A stretch of 63,995 nucleotides of DNA, the filler included, from Basidiobolus ranarum (lineage: Eukaryota), in assembly GCA_040143965.1 (NCBI GenBank). It is 7 parts of 7 records of this genome, joined end to end, with 100 filler letters (N's around TTAATTAATTAA, not from the genome) between each part and the next. Parts side by side here need not be neighbours in the genome. Positions count along the whole stretch, not along the records: positions 46,194 to 55,300 come from JASJQH010000871.1; positions 55,401 to 63,995 come from JASJQH010000950.1; 5 more parts are not named here. The stretch is one strand, 5' to 3'. Under the pieces are notes generated by a model. It worked only from the letters and a program-made list of their open reading frames with translations, was not told the DNA's origin and did no database searches. How positions within the stretch are numbered: position 1 is the stretch's first letter; the number at the start of each line of letters is the position of its first letter. Shown here one piece after another: positions 49,971 through 62,825 of this stretch. A program made the position numbers and the translations under genes.

Positions 49971-50940
49971 ATGACGACTCCGTCAAACGCACCAGGTGGT
50001 GATTCCAAGTTGTTCGAAGATAACATACAACAAAATGATGCCACCAATGTTCCCCCTAAAGAAATGAAAACCTTTGAACGTTGGAGAAAAAGTATTTTAT
50101 ATATGACAGGACAGCTGGAGGAAGGAGAGAAGAAACAGTACGAAGAGACAGAATTATTACGTATAAAGCAGAAACAACATAGAAAATGTGAAAAATGGAA
50201 GGAGAGACTCATCAAGTACAGTAAGTATGAAGTCATAGCCAGGCTTTGGAAATCAGACATATTGATCAGAGTTTTATTATGTTAGGTCCTATGGTTACTT
50301 TCATGTTGGGTAACCTGGAGAAACAAGGTGCCGAATTCAGAAAAGAACATTTTATTTGCATGGAGTGTGATGAAACCCGGTGCGGTGGCTTTAGCCCTGA
50401 TGGTTTCATAGCCCTTTGTCAAAACCGCTTTATAAGCAAAGCACATATGGAAGATACCATGTCCCATGAGCTTATCCATGCCTACGATCACTGGTAATGT
50501 CAACTATTGATATATTGAGGGAATCAGAGAGCCAAGCAACTAACAATTCTCCTTATCTTAGCAAATACAATGTAGACTGGAATAATGTATATCATGTCGC
50601 GTGCACTGAAGTAAGTGTCCCATTCGCAGGAACGATTGTAGGTGAATAAAGCACTGACTTTACTTTAGGTTCGTGCCGCTAGCTTAAGTGGAGATTGTAA
50701 TTGGCTTATGGAATTAAGAAGAGGGCATTTCAAATTTACTAAACAACATCAGGTTAGTGTGAGCGTTTATATTTAGTCAACATCTGGTGTTAAGTATTCT
50801 ACTTTTAGGCATGTGTTAAGAGACGTGCTATTCTTTCATTGAAGTCCAATCCGGAGTTTGCTGATGTAGCAGAAAAGGCAGTGGGAGTTGTATTCGACAG
50901 CTGTTTTAATGATACACAACCATTTGACGAAATTTACTGA
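49971..50940 (+). CDS. ATP23: mitochondrial inner membrane metalloprotease Atp23, multi-exon
   Basis: GGFSP, LCQN, EDTMSHELIHAYDH (HExxH), HVACTEVRAASLSGDC, CVKRRAILS, CFNDTQPFDEIY*. Confidence 0.95.
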
Positions 50941-51357
50941 TTTTCCATCACAAAGAGCAATCGTTATGGACTTAATAGACATGCATCACTCACATTTCTC
51001 ATTCCATCAAATACAGCACATACACAATCAATCTAAACTTCTATAGTATTATTCTGGCTAAATAAATATGCACTTCCTAAATTGGGGTATTAAATTTCGC
51101 ATTAGGTTTAGCAACGTTTGGTTTTTGAGATTGACGGGCTAGTTAGTTAACATTGCAATGCAAGATTATTTTTTTATTTCCCTTGGTTCAAAGCTGACAT
51201 GGCTCCCAAAATTATCGGGTTTGATTCTTTCGGAATAAGGAAGCGGATGACTGATGCAGAGTTGAGATGGAAAATTAGTAACAACTGTGTATTATTATTT
51301 CCGTATTACTTGCTTTACCATCGACAGTAAAACTTGTAGAGAAGCCATACATAAACC

Positions 51358-52430
51358 ATGCGAGGATTTTTTAGTATCTCATTTATTCTGGCTTGGTAAG
51401 TCATCTAACGCTTAGTTTAATGAAATTAAACAACCTTCAAGCTCTACTCGTGAAAACTTATTTGATTTGAACTTAATAGTGCTAGCTCTCTAGTTTTTGC
51501 TCAAGTCGCCGAGCAAAATGCATATACAGTTGAAGGCACTCTAGCAGATAATGAGCAGTTAAAAGGTCTATTAGGATTTCATCCCATTATTGTGTAGAGT
51601 AAGCCAAGACTTATAATCTTTTTAAATTCTTTAGATTCATTCCAGCTATCTCCTAACGTTCAAGTCACTTTGAATAAGGGTGAATTTTCTGCTTACGTTT
51701 CCAAAGATGGATCTTTCAAAATGTAAAAACATCTCCGCCTGCAATATTTGAAACATCTTCCACTTGTAGCTAAACATTTACCTCATCCATATAGTCAAAA
51801 CGTTCCAGCTGGCAATTGGTTGTTAGAAGTAAGAGACAACATCAACCACTACCCCAAGGTAAATTTATCTTTTGGAATTGAAGATTTAGAAAAGTTGAGC
51901 CTTATCTTTTGTTGTAATAGTTTCGTGTAGAGACTGGCCATCCTAGTTCAAAGGGAGTTAAGGTGTATTACTACTTACCAAGCAGTGAATGGGACCATAG
52001 AGGCTCCATAATCCCTTATCCTCTAAGAATTTCTCCATTCCAAAAGATTGAGTATTTCACAGTAATGATTTTTCATTTTCATCTAAAGCATATGAGAAAC
52101 GACATAACCTTAGATGTTTGATATATTAGGCACGGGAAGGCTTCAGTATTTCTAGTCTCTTCGCCAATCCTATGATGCTTATGATGGGAGTTAGTGTTAT
52201 TATGATGTTCTTGTTACCCAAGATGATGGATAATATTGGTATGTTGTTCACTTGTATTTTTAATTTTGATAATTCCTTACTGAACGATTCATCAACCACC
52301 AGATCCTGATGCTCTAAAGGAGATCCAAGAGAATCAAGCTAGCTCGCAAAACATGATCAAGGAAATGCCCGACATTTCACAAACTCTTGCCAATATGATG
52401 TCACCACAACAAAAACCCAAGAAGAAGTGA
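51358..52430 (+). CDS. EMC7: ER membrane protein complex subunit 7 (DUF2012), multi-exon
   Basis: Manually spliced: signal peptide, DGSF..QNVPAG..LLEV, REGFSISSLFANPMMLMMG, LPKMMDNIDP. Confidence 0.85.
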
Positions 52431-52887
52431 AGTCAATTGGGGTAGAAAGAAAAGGCTGTTCATCTGGCTAGTTATTTACCACTTCCTTTCATTATACTTT
52501 TTAAACGGGGGAATACATCGGTCTATTCTTTCCCTCATTTTTTATTTCTCTTATCGAACAGTTTCTTAGTATTTACTTCCAATAAACACGAATGTCCTTG
52601 TGAATCCATTCCAGACGATTGATTTCTATTGTTTATAGACGATCAACAAAGGATACATTTTTGTTCCCTTGGTCGTCAAGAAAATCAGTTTATTATATAA
52701 AATACGAAGGATTAAGGAATCCAGAGATCCACTTATTTCAATACAAAAAAGAAAAATCGATGGAGGTGAATTCTCGATGTCATAAAAAGGAAGAAGGAAT
52801 TGAGAGAAACGAGGTGATTATTCAAGGTACTCACGGACGGTCATAGTTTATCCAGTTAGAGGAGCTTGAACGTGATGACATTTGTGA

Positions 52888-54471
52888 TTATTGAGTTGGA
52901 TGAAGCTCTTGATAACTAGCATTTGTCTCTTGATGAGAGAATATAAATTCTTCAATTTGCTTCTTTGCTACTTGAGGGTCTGCAGAAATACTATATGAAT
53001 ATACCATCTTTAGTATCCGGCTCAAATATAATATCAATCTATCATGAAGCTACATACTTGTTTAGCTTTGGACAATACTCTCCATTCTTGTATGTAAAGA
53101 ACCTGGGAGACCAATCAATGTCGTTTTCATCTCTTTCTTTAGCGATCTTTCTTTGGTTATCTTCAATGAGAGTTTTCTCATCAGTAGCAAGATCCATATT
53201 CCGGCTCATGAGAGCATTAGTAACCTTAGACCACAGTCTAATAAAAGTTAGTTATTTAGTGTGTCAATGTCATGCTCGAAAGAGATACAACCTTCTGGAC
53301 TCATATTGTTCTTGTTGATCTTCGGGGGCAACAATCTTGGGATATACTTCAGAAACAGTAGCGTCGAAATAGGGAGTCCAAGAGCCCTTGCGGCCGTTCT
53401 ATTGGAACACGTTAAAACTTGACTGGTTGAAAACTGTAGGTACTATAAAAGTCAGGCCAACCTGAACTTGTCTGATTTCCATTTTGTCCGACCAATTTCC
53501 GCCTATTTCAAACAAAACTTCGCCAGTGGATTCTTTCTTAATTGTTCCAGCAATTGCATTGTATGTCCCCGTAAAGAATCCCTTAAGCAGAGAAATGATT
53601 ATTTCTTTTGTTTCAAATGTTTGCATTCAACGTACGTACAACAAAACAAACCTTTGTCTTGAATTCTACATCGCAAATGAAATCATTTTGTGGGCATCTG
53701 ACTGTAACTGAATCACCTAACTCCATCATCATGGTGCCAAAAAGAATACCTCTAGCATAAATGTTTGGATATGTGATGGAATATTCTTCACCGGGGATAT
53801 TCAAGAACCGGAGATTGGTACTGCCTTGAAGCATGCTAGCCGCACTATTTCCCAAGAATTTGGATTTGGGGCTTAATTCACCGGTTAGAGTGAAATTATT
53901 TTCGGGGCAATAGAATGCGTAGGCAGAGATGGGTGGATGATGAGACACTTGTTCGCCAAGGTAAAAGGCCTCTGTTCCGTCGGGAAATGTCCATTTGCAA
54001 CGAAAGTGCTCCCCAAGGACAGGATTATAAGGCTTTTTTACACCCTTGATGTAGAAAAAAGGTTACAGCTCTAATTACGTGAACTATTCTCAAGTCGCAG
54101 GTAAAATACTTACCTTGGGCTGGATATGCCAACCGGATAAATAATATCTAACAACTTGAACAAAACGCTCCAAGGGATCTGCCTCAAGAGAAGTCCTTTA
54201 AGGAAGATATAGAAAAAGCCAGGTTATTAAAGTGTAGTGAAATTGGCGCATGTATGTTTATCAAGCATCTTAAAAATATAAAAGGTATTTACTTTTGAAT
54301 CAGGTCAGGATGACTCATAAAGTCGGTGATTTTCTCCAAAAAACTTCTAGGTTCCAAAACAAATACAGGAAGAGTAACACGAGATAGATCCATTCCACGA
54401 CTCAACTGAGAGATGATCCCCATGAGTATACTGCGAGGTTCCTCATCCAAAACTTCTTTATGTTCACTCAT
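52888..54471 (-). CDS. oxysterol-binding protein-related protein, Osh6/Osh7 type, multi-exon
   Basis: GMDLSRVTLPVFVLEPRSFLE, YLSGWHI, KKPYNPVLGE, EQVSHHPPISA, YARGILFG, EKTLIEDNQR. Confidence 0.92.
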
Positions 54472-55300
54472 GTTGACTGGAAATAACAGTACCTAATTGA
54501 AGCAATTTACTAAGTACAACTTTTGAATAGAAAACGTCAGGAGTACATGTGGAAAACTGTATTGGTAAGTACACACTACCTTCACTAAAACAACCGGTTC
54601 AGTATAGTTCAATAAGAAAATTCGTGATACCTCTACGAATTATAATGGTCTTCCGTAACAAATCTTTAACTGGGGATCGAAAACCCGGAAAATTAGTATT
54701 CTATCGTATGAACAAGGATTGGTGGACAACAATATGATGCAACCAAATCAATCCAGGCATGTAAACTGACAGTTTTCTAGCAAATGTCGGATATTTTCAT
54801 TTCCATGTATCTACAAATTAAGCCTATGATTATGAGCTATGATGCAAGCGTCATTCCAACAATAGTGATTCTCCATAGATTCTGACATCAGCTAAAGATT
54901 ATGCTCATGGATTGCGTATCTTCTAACTTGGAGGTGAATGGTTTATTGTAAGACCTGGACTATATTAATCATCCTGATCTAATTTGATACATTAGTCAAA
55001 AGCCTTGTTTGTATGCTTGCTTAAATGCTTATATATAGTGTAACCTTACCGATAGATGTAGTTTTAACAAATATTCCAAAAGACGATGATGTTTTATTTG
55101 GTATAACCTTATCAAAAGCGACCACACCTACGCTTTTTTAACGAAAATTGTCCAGCCAAGTTGTTGGAAATTACGGGCAAGAGCCGGTGCTGCAAGCCGC
55201 AAAGAAAGTAGAGGTCAATGAGGGTGCTCCCCTTGCTTGTTCCTCAATGAGAGTACTTTTCTCTTCAACCTTTCTCCTTACAAATTCTCATTCTCCAAAG

Positions 55301-55400
55301 NNNNNNNNNNNNNNNNNNNNNNNNNNNNNNNNNNNNNNNNNNNNTTAATTAATTAANNNNNNNNNNNNNNNNNNNNNNNNNNNNNNNNNNNNNNNNNNNN
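55301..55400. other. artificial contig linker
   Basis: N44-TTAATTAATTAA-N44. Confidence 0.99.
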
Positions 55401-55420
55401 ATGTTGATTTACACATTCAG

Positions 55421-56115
55421 ACTGTAACGAAGGTATAAACGGACTGTTTACTCGAGTAGTTACACCGCCTTTACTCTCTAAGATCGGGCTATCTTCCCAT
55501 CACCCCAAGTTTGCTTTTATCGGATACAAGAAGAGTATATTAAAGTGGTTAAGTGAACACCAAGATATCATAGTAGAGTTAAAGAACTCAGCTAGACAAC
55601 GCGATTGCCGAGATGTTACGTTTGAAATCTCCAACGTTTATAGTCTACCCTTTTCCCCTTGTCGTGTTATAGTACGTCCAAGTAAGAACCAAGATTATAC
55701 TGAACCTATACCTGGTTCACCGGAATATTTCGATAGTACTCGTTTGATCGTTATCGAATCGGGAAGAAAGTTAAAAGAAGTGTTACCTTTTTTGGATAGG
55801 TGTTGGTCAGACGGACCTAGATCTCGTTATGTTGTCAATACGGAGGCATTAAATGCTTTAGAAAGAATGGAACGTGAACAAGCGGAAAGTAGAACGGCTT
55901 CTTCAGAGCATGAGAGAACGGAAGGGGAAGCTCAAATCCCGTTCGGTCCATCACCTACTTATCATACTGTAGAATATGGAATACCCCTTGGTGAAGCACC
56001 CACCTATAGAACTATGGATACTGTTAGATCGGTCGTTAACTCATTACCAAGATATAATTCAATCAACCGGGATCGTTTATTAGTTAGAGCTGGTGTTCCA
56101 CGGGAGCAAACTTGA
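55421..56115 (+). CDS. probable terminal exon of an unidentified protein (5' part beyond contig start)
   Basis: About 230 uninterrupted codons after a TTCAG acceptor at 55416-55420, in frame with ORF 55744-56115. Confidence 0.5.
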
Positions 56116-56841
56116 AAGGTTGGGAATTCACTATAATGGCATATCATCACAATCTCTTTCACTGTCTATATCTATCCAAACCTGATTTGTCTTTATCTCA
56201 TCTTCGTTCTGTTTATTCACTGTACTGGCACTGGTACCTACTTGAGATTTTATCAAAATTGGTTATCGTTCGAGTAGTCTACTTTCACTCATGTAAAGTT
56301 CTCTTCCCTCTTTGCCCATTCATTCAGCCATGAACCTCTCTCGGTTTGGTGATTATAAATGTACTTTTATAACTAGCACTATGTTTGTCTTACACTGTGT
56401 TCTAACCCTAATTGATAATTAAACCAATTTTACACGGAGATGTTTTGGATGTTTCCATTCCTTGGTTTTTGTCAGGTTATTTATTGCTAAGATGAACCAT
56501 GCAGTCCAAGCTTGAGGGAACAAGGGTGGGGAATGAGTGGGGTGGGATGTATTCAAGAAGTGAAATAAAAGAAGAAACCGAATGGGTAAAGAGTGAAGGG
56601 AAAGGAAGGGGAAGGAAGAGCGTGAAACAAAAGATGAATGAAACGTATAAGTGGGTTTAGAAGGGTGGTAATAAGATGATAAGTTGCTATAAATCATCGA
56701 CATAGTAAATGTAACGAGCTTCTGGAGTATCGAAACTAGCATTAATAATTTTAAAAAATACAAGGAAGGGTGGCCAACAATGGAGAATAAGTGAAAGCTC
56801 ATAGAAAAATATGTATGTATATTGTATCTAATTGGAAATGA

Positions 56842-58446
56842 TTACTGTTGGAAACTGAAACCACCTTGGGGCATAGAGACATCTGATTGGAATGTGAAGG
56901 CTCCGGTGTTAGCATCAACTTCTGGGGCAAGGCCAGTATCTTCGTCCTCTTCATCACCAAAGTACTTGTCAATGATTGTGTAGGCCTTTTGGTAAATTTG
57001 TACGTTATCATGGATTTGGAGATTGTGGATTTTCTCCATACCACCTGCTTCTTCGATATAAAGAGCGAATTGGTTTTCACCTGTCATCTCCTTATCAAGT
57101 TCACCGACCTTGAGAATGTTCTCAAGACCGTCAAGTGCAACTTGAATGATCTTGTTATCCATACAAGTCAAGAGGTCACACAAAGGCTTGATGCAACCAG
57201 CGCTGACAAGGTACTTGACTTGATCGGGTCTGTTTAAGCCACCTGAGGTAGCATTGGAAACGGCCCAACAAGCTTCCTTCTTGGTTTTGAAGTCAGCAGT
57301 AGAGAGAACGTGAATAAGAGGAGGAATAAGGTTGGCATCGATGACTTGTTGAATTTGCTCAACAGTACCAGCGGTAATGTTGGAGATGGTCCAACAAGCT
57401 TCCTTTCTGATTCCATCTTTAGGGCTGGATAGAAGGCTAAGAAGGGCAGGCAAGCATCCAGAGTTAAGCATAATCTGAGTTTGTTGGTCATCACCAGTGA
57501 CAATGTTACCGACAGCTCTAAGGGCAGGGGTTTGTACTGATGTAGAGGGATGCATCAAAAGCTCGATAAGACGGCGAGATACTCCGGACTCAATAACAGC
57601 TTGAATCTTTTCGTTAGTACCGTCGGACAAATATGAGACAGCCCAGCAAGCATCACCAAGAACCTCATCATCATGAGAATACAATAGTTTGTTAAGAGTT
57701 GGAAGGGCAGGGGAAATGTATTGCCAGTCTGGTTGTGGGTTCTTACCACGGCAGAGATTAGACAAGGTCCAGGTAGCATTACGAATCAAGGAGCTCTTGG
57801 CATTCTCATTGAGTAACTGTAAGAGAGGAGGTAAAACACCGTTTTGAAGTACGTAATCACGGAAGCGGGTGGAGTCACCAGCAATATTACCCAAAGCCCA
57901 AACAGCTTGCTCTCTGACGTCGGGTACAGGGCTGCTTAAGAGTTCAATGAAAATAGGAACAGCACCACTCTCGAGGACAATTTGAGTTTGGTTAGAGGAG
58001 CCAGATGCGATATTAGTAAGGGCCCAAGCAGCCTCAAATTGAAGCAAAGAGTGAGGAGAACGAAGGAACTCCACAAATCTGCTTACAACCCCACATGCAA
58101 TGACCTCTTCAATAGGAGGGTTGGTTTCCTTAGAAAGGAGCTTACGAAACTTGGTGCAGGATTGAAGTTGTTCGTCGACGTTTTCGGAGTATAGACTTTG
58201 AACTAGAGCAGGTAGTTGACCTTCCAACTCGGCAGCCATGGCCATGGCAGCACTGTCATCATCTTCACTGTCAGACATATCACCAGTAGGAACAAGCATG
58301 TTTCTTTTTTTGGCAAGATTTTCTTCACGCTTTTGCTTACGAATCTCCACCTGAGCCTCTTCACGTCTACGTCTTATTTCATCAGACTTGAACAAACCCT
58401 TGGCTTTGTAAGCATTACGTCTGTGTTCGGGAACTTTAGACTCCAT
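56842..58446 (-). CDS. SRP1: importin alpha (Srp1/Kap60), intronless
   Basis: IBB domain [27 protein letters not shown] repeats [38 protein letters not shown]. Confidence 0.98.
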   Translation of the reverse strand: MESKVPEHRRNAYKAKGLFKSDEIRRRREEAQVEIRKQKREENLAKKRNMLVPTGDMSDSEDDDSAAMAMAAELEGQLPALVQSLYSENVDEQLQSCTKFRKLLSKETNPPIEEVIACGVVSRFVEFLRSPHSLLQFEAAWALTNIASGSSNQTQIVLESGAVPIFIELLSSPVPDVREQAVWALGNIAGDSTRFRDYVLQNGVLPPLLQLLNENAKSSLIRNATWTLSNLCRGKNPQPDWQYISPALPTLNKLLYSHDDEVLGDACWAVSYLSDGTNEKIQAVIESGVSRRLIELLMHPSTSVQTPALRAVGNIVTGDDQQTQIMLNSGCLPALLSLLSSPKDGIRKEACWTISNITAGTVEQIQQVIDANLIPPLIHVLSTADFKTKKEACWAVSNATSGGLNRPDQVKYLVSAGCIKPLCDLLTCMDNKIIQVALDGLENILKVGELDKEMTGENQFALYIEEAGGMEKIHNLQIHDNVQIYQKAYTIIDKYFGDEEDEDTGLAPEVDANTGAFTFQSDVSMPQGGFSFQQ

Positions 58447-59330
58447 TATTGAACAAGTAAGTTAAACGGGTAAAGGTATAACACAACAAGGAAAAAGCAG
58501 AATGAGATTCAATTAAACTGAACGAATGATGGGGAACCACTTTTAAAAATGAAGAAAAAAAACAGTAAATTGCTTGAATTAATAACATTTCATCCTGATT
58601 CTCTGCTAGCATTCTCGGCCATATACCCCACTTTGTAGAATAATCGACTTTATAAAATACATCCTGTAAAATTGGCCCATTTCGGCTTCCACGTATTTTT
58701 CTTTTTAATCCATTAAATCTAGAAGTTTGCTTATCTATAACTAAGAGGAGTAGGTCCTTGTTTATTTACCTTTCATCGAAATACAATGCGAGCCGCAATG
58801 CTTAACCAATAGTAACTGTTCATTGGTTATTCTGATGATCCATTCATTCTATCATATTCGATTACGTTTTGAGAAGAAACTGATTTGACAGCAAAGACTG
58901 GAAGAATATGGTATTTAACTTGCAACAACCATTGGTCAATAATTCATTAGTTGCGCAGACAGAAAATATTAGTGAGTAACAGATCACATGACTGATGATA
59001 AACAATACACATCTTCATGGTCACTCAAAATATCCGGGTTCTGGGAAAGCTACCATTGGATTGAGTGGAATGAAGAGATCCTTTCCAAATGTGGGAATAA
59101 TGCTACGATTAGGTGATTTTGGGCAAGATTTAGCATTAATCAAAGAGCAAACGGTCACTAATGATAATTACTGATTGAATGCAAAGAAACACAATGTCAG
59201 AGTTCTATATAAGGCTCAGAAGGGTGGTTCGGAGTTTGTTGTTAAATCAGGGCGTATTTCCTGGAAAATCTACCTTCGTTACCGTTGTTGACTTTTGAGG
59301 ATCTTACAGCTTCAACACAACTCTTGGTCC

Positions 59331-59805
59331 ATGACCCATCCGTCTAAACCCCGAGCCCAAGTGGAGGATTTGCATGCAGATGAGATATTGGCACTAAATG
59401 GTGCGAGTCTACCAATCGATCAATATGGAAGGTTAAACAGCGCTACTGAGGAGAAGCAAAGTGTAAGTCAAATCTTGGAAGAGAAAAGAAAGAAAAATGC
59501 TACTGCTTCAGCCAAGTTTAGAGACCGACGAAAGCAAAAAGAAAAAGAAATTCTAGATAGATGCAGAGAATTGGAACAGAAAGTGTACGAATTAGAGTTT
59601 AACAATCCGTTCCTAAAGCAAATCAAAGCACTCCAGTTTGAGCTTGATCAGGTACGACTGGAAAAGGTTAGCGCCTTGGACAAACTGAGTTTACTGGAGG
59701 ATGAGGTATTACTGCTTTCCGATTCATTGTATTTCCTATTTCTAATATGTGCCTATGAAGGTTTCCTGGCTCAGAGGCTTGGTGTTCTCTAAAAAAATCC
59801 CTTAA
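59331..59805 (+). CDS. bZIP transcription factor (basic region of MetR/Cys-3 type), 2 exons
   Basis: EEKRKKNATASAKFRDRRKQKE followed by leucine heptads; intron about 59707-59760. Confidence 0.8.
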
Positions 59806-61529
59806 TCGATTTTTCTGTATCCTTACTCCGAGAACTCTAGCAATACTAGAGAGCGCTCTCGTTAAATGAAAACACCAGTAAACAAGGACAGCGATTGCCT
59901 TGATCATTGAACAGAAATATTCATGACATAATGACCGTGTCTATTTTTCATATTCCAGGGTTGCCCTAGAATTTGAAAGTCGAATGACCCAGATAACGGA
60001 TTTTATGGAGGAATCAAGTGTCTTGGATGAAGCGTTGCTTTCTCTTTCGGTACCCAGGAGAATGATACGAAAAAAAAGATTGTGAGAAACAATAGTATAC
60101 TATAAGAGAAGAAGATATCTGTCACGAAGGTATATATATAGACTCCATTCTTTAGAACACATAGATTCCATTATGTTAATCCGTAATTATTTTATTACAG
60201 CTGCTGAAGCGAGATGATAATGTCTAGTTAGTCTGTCTAAAATAAAGACTGCCATATCTGTAGGAGATTAATATTCATTAACGAGTGGTGGATACATGAG
60301 CATTATGGATTGATTTATACATGTTGATCAACTCTTTCTTAAGAAGGATGATGGCATGACAATTAGCTCAAGTAATGTTATTGCTCCACTCCACGTGGGC
60401 TCCAGTTCATGATTTCGTCCCATCTTGTACCATGGGTTATTACCTAATAACTTTTAGTCAGAAGATGAAGTTGTCAAACCAAACATGTGAATGACATGGC
60501 GTTTCTTGGGTTTTCTTCGCTTCTAACCAAACATCAATTGACATCTAGATGAGAATACTAATCAAGCGAAAGTTGAATCTGAATATCACCAAATACCACT
60601 TGTTAGTATCATTTGTATCACTGTGGCTTTCGATAGCTTCGTCAAATAACAAATATCTGGATCAGTTCCTATCTCGCCAACACGTTCGGTTGCTTTCTAT
60701 CAAGTTGTGCCAAGTAGGTTTAGGATAAGTGAGATAATTCCAGTTATTTACCCCTAGAAGTGACATTCGCGTATTCCCAACGAATCAGATAGCTCACCAC
60801 TCTATAATAGAAGCACTTCTATGAAATGTGTATGCACCAATATACAAGCTCAAGAAATCACTTAGAGTAAGGTAACTGATGGCCTGGTAGCTATCGCTCG
60901 GTAATAATGGCTTAGTGGGTAGAAATAACTGGTTCACCAATAGAGAAATACCACGTACCTGAATTAAGTATAGGCTGTCTTCACCGAGTAAAAATCAGAT
61001 AAGGAAGCAGGCCCTAACCCTGGTTCTTCAACAGTTGGATCAATGAGAGTTTATGGGAATATCTCGGGTGATACGATGCACCATCTCCCCAAGCATGCTA
61101 CGTGTCCACAAATCAAGCGTATTCCCCACGTCGTGTGATATTGTAGCCCTCAATTCATTGAACGAGCCTCAAGATTGGTAACTTCGTAGATCAATAGGAG
61201 GCGATTGGCATCAATGGACATAAACTTCGTCAAAGTAGATCAATAGAAACCATTGCCTAATTGGATTCTCTTTGTCTCCTGATATTGCGGCGGGTATCTC
61301 TGGCTGAAAGGGAAGCAAACAGTATAGATAAGGCCCCATAACTTGAATTGTAGATAAGACCCCATAGTTTGAATCGGTTGTATTGTCCGTGTGTCACCCA
61401 GTATGTCCGGACCTTTATCATATAAATAGTGACCGCCGTTATTTAACCAGATACCACCAAAGTTTTCGTAACCTCTTCTCTCCGTTACGTTCCTTTAAAT
61501 AGTCGAGTCACTGACTAGGAAACTGTCCG

Positions 61530-62825
61530 ATGGCAACCATGAAGGCTCAACAGAATGTCAAGGAATCTTCCCAAATCCCTTGGAATACACTTCCACTCCA
61601 CAAAAGAATTCATTGGATTCATACTGTCCTTCTCACACTAACCCCTCTGATCGCCATCTATGGTTACTTGACTACTCCTATTCTTACCAAAACCTTAATC
61701 TGGTCTGTTGTCTATTATTTCATGACCGGCATTGGCATCACAGGTGGTTATCATCGTCTTTGGTCTCACAAGTCCTACTCAGCTGCTCTACCTCTCCAGT
61801 TAGCTTACGCTTTCGTAGGGGCTGGTGCAGTACAAGGTTCCATCAAATGGTGGAGTCGTGGTCACAGAGCTCATCACAGACATACTGACACCGATAAAGT
61901 AAGAACAAAAGTGATGAATGATTCCCTTTGACCATGAAAGCTAACAAACTCATCATTTCTTTAGGATCCCTACAGTGCACAAAAAGGACTGCTTTACTCA
62001 CATATCGGTTGGTTAATCATGAAGCCTGAACCAGGAGCCATCGGTTACGCTGATACTTCTGACTTGAACAAAGATCCAGTGGTCACAGTTCAACACAAGT
62101 ATTATGCTTATTTGGCCCTATTTGCTGGATTTATCTTTCCTACTCTTGTGGCAGGGTTTGGTTGGGGAGATTGGCGCGGTGGATACTTCTTCGCAGCGGT
62201 CGCTCGTCTAGTATTCCTCCACCATTCTACTTTCTGTGTCAACAGTCTGGCCCATTATCTTGGTGAGCAAAGCTTCGATGATAAACATAGCCCCAGAGAT
62301 CATATCATCACTGCTCTAGTAACCTTCGGTGAAGGATACCATAACTTCCATCACGAATTCCCACAGGATTACCGTAACGCCATTAAGTTCTATCAATACG
62401 ATCCAACCAAATGGTTCATTCGTACCTGTTCATTTATCGGCTTGACATACAATTTGAAATGTTTCCCCAAGAATGAGATCACCAAAGGTCAGGTTCAAAT
62501 GGCCGAGAAGAAAATCGGAGATATTAAGAAGACATTGAATTGGGGAAAATCGTTGAATGAATTGCCTCGCTATACTTTTGAAGAGTACCAAAATAAAGTC
62601 AAGGAGAGTGGCCACGCGTGGATTGTAATCAATGGAATCATTCACGATGTAGCCGACTTTATTGAGGATCATCCAGGAGGCCAGGCACTCATCAAATCTG
62701 GTATCGGTAAAGATGCAACTGAGGCTTTCACTGGGGGTGTTTATGATCACAGTAACGGTGCTAAGAATCTAATCACTACCATGCGTGTTGGTGTTATTCA
62801 TAATCCAAACTCCAAAGAGGAATAG
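61530..62825 (+). CDS. OLE1: delta-9 acyl-CoA desaturase with C-terminal cytochrome b5, 2 exons
   Basis: His boxes HRLWSH, HRAHH, HNFHH; b5 motif HPGG; one intron about 61898-61963; TATAAATA at 61421. Confidence 0.97.

Noticed and set aside
56419-58452. Antisense and alternate-frame ORFs over importin alpha (likewise over TauD, KRE6, OLE1 and the Bem3-like gene)
   Set aside because: Shadow ORFs produced by codon bias of the real genes
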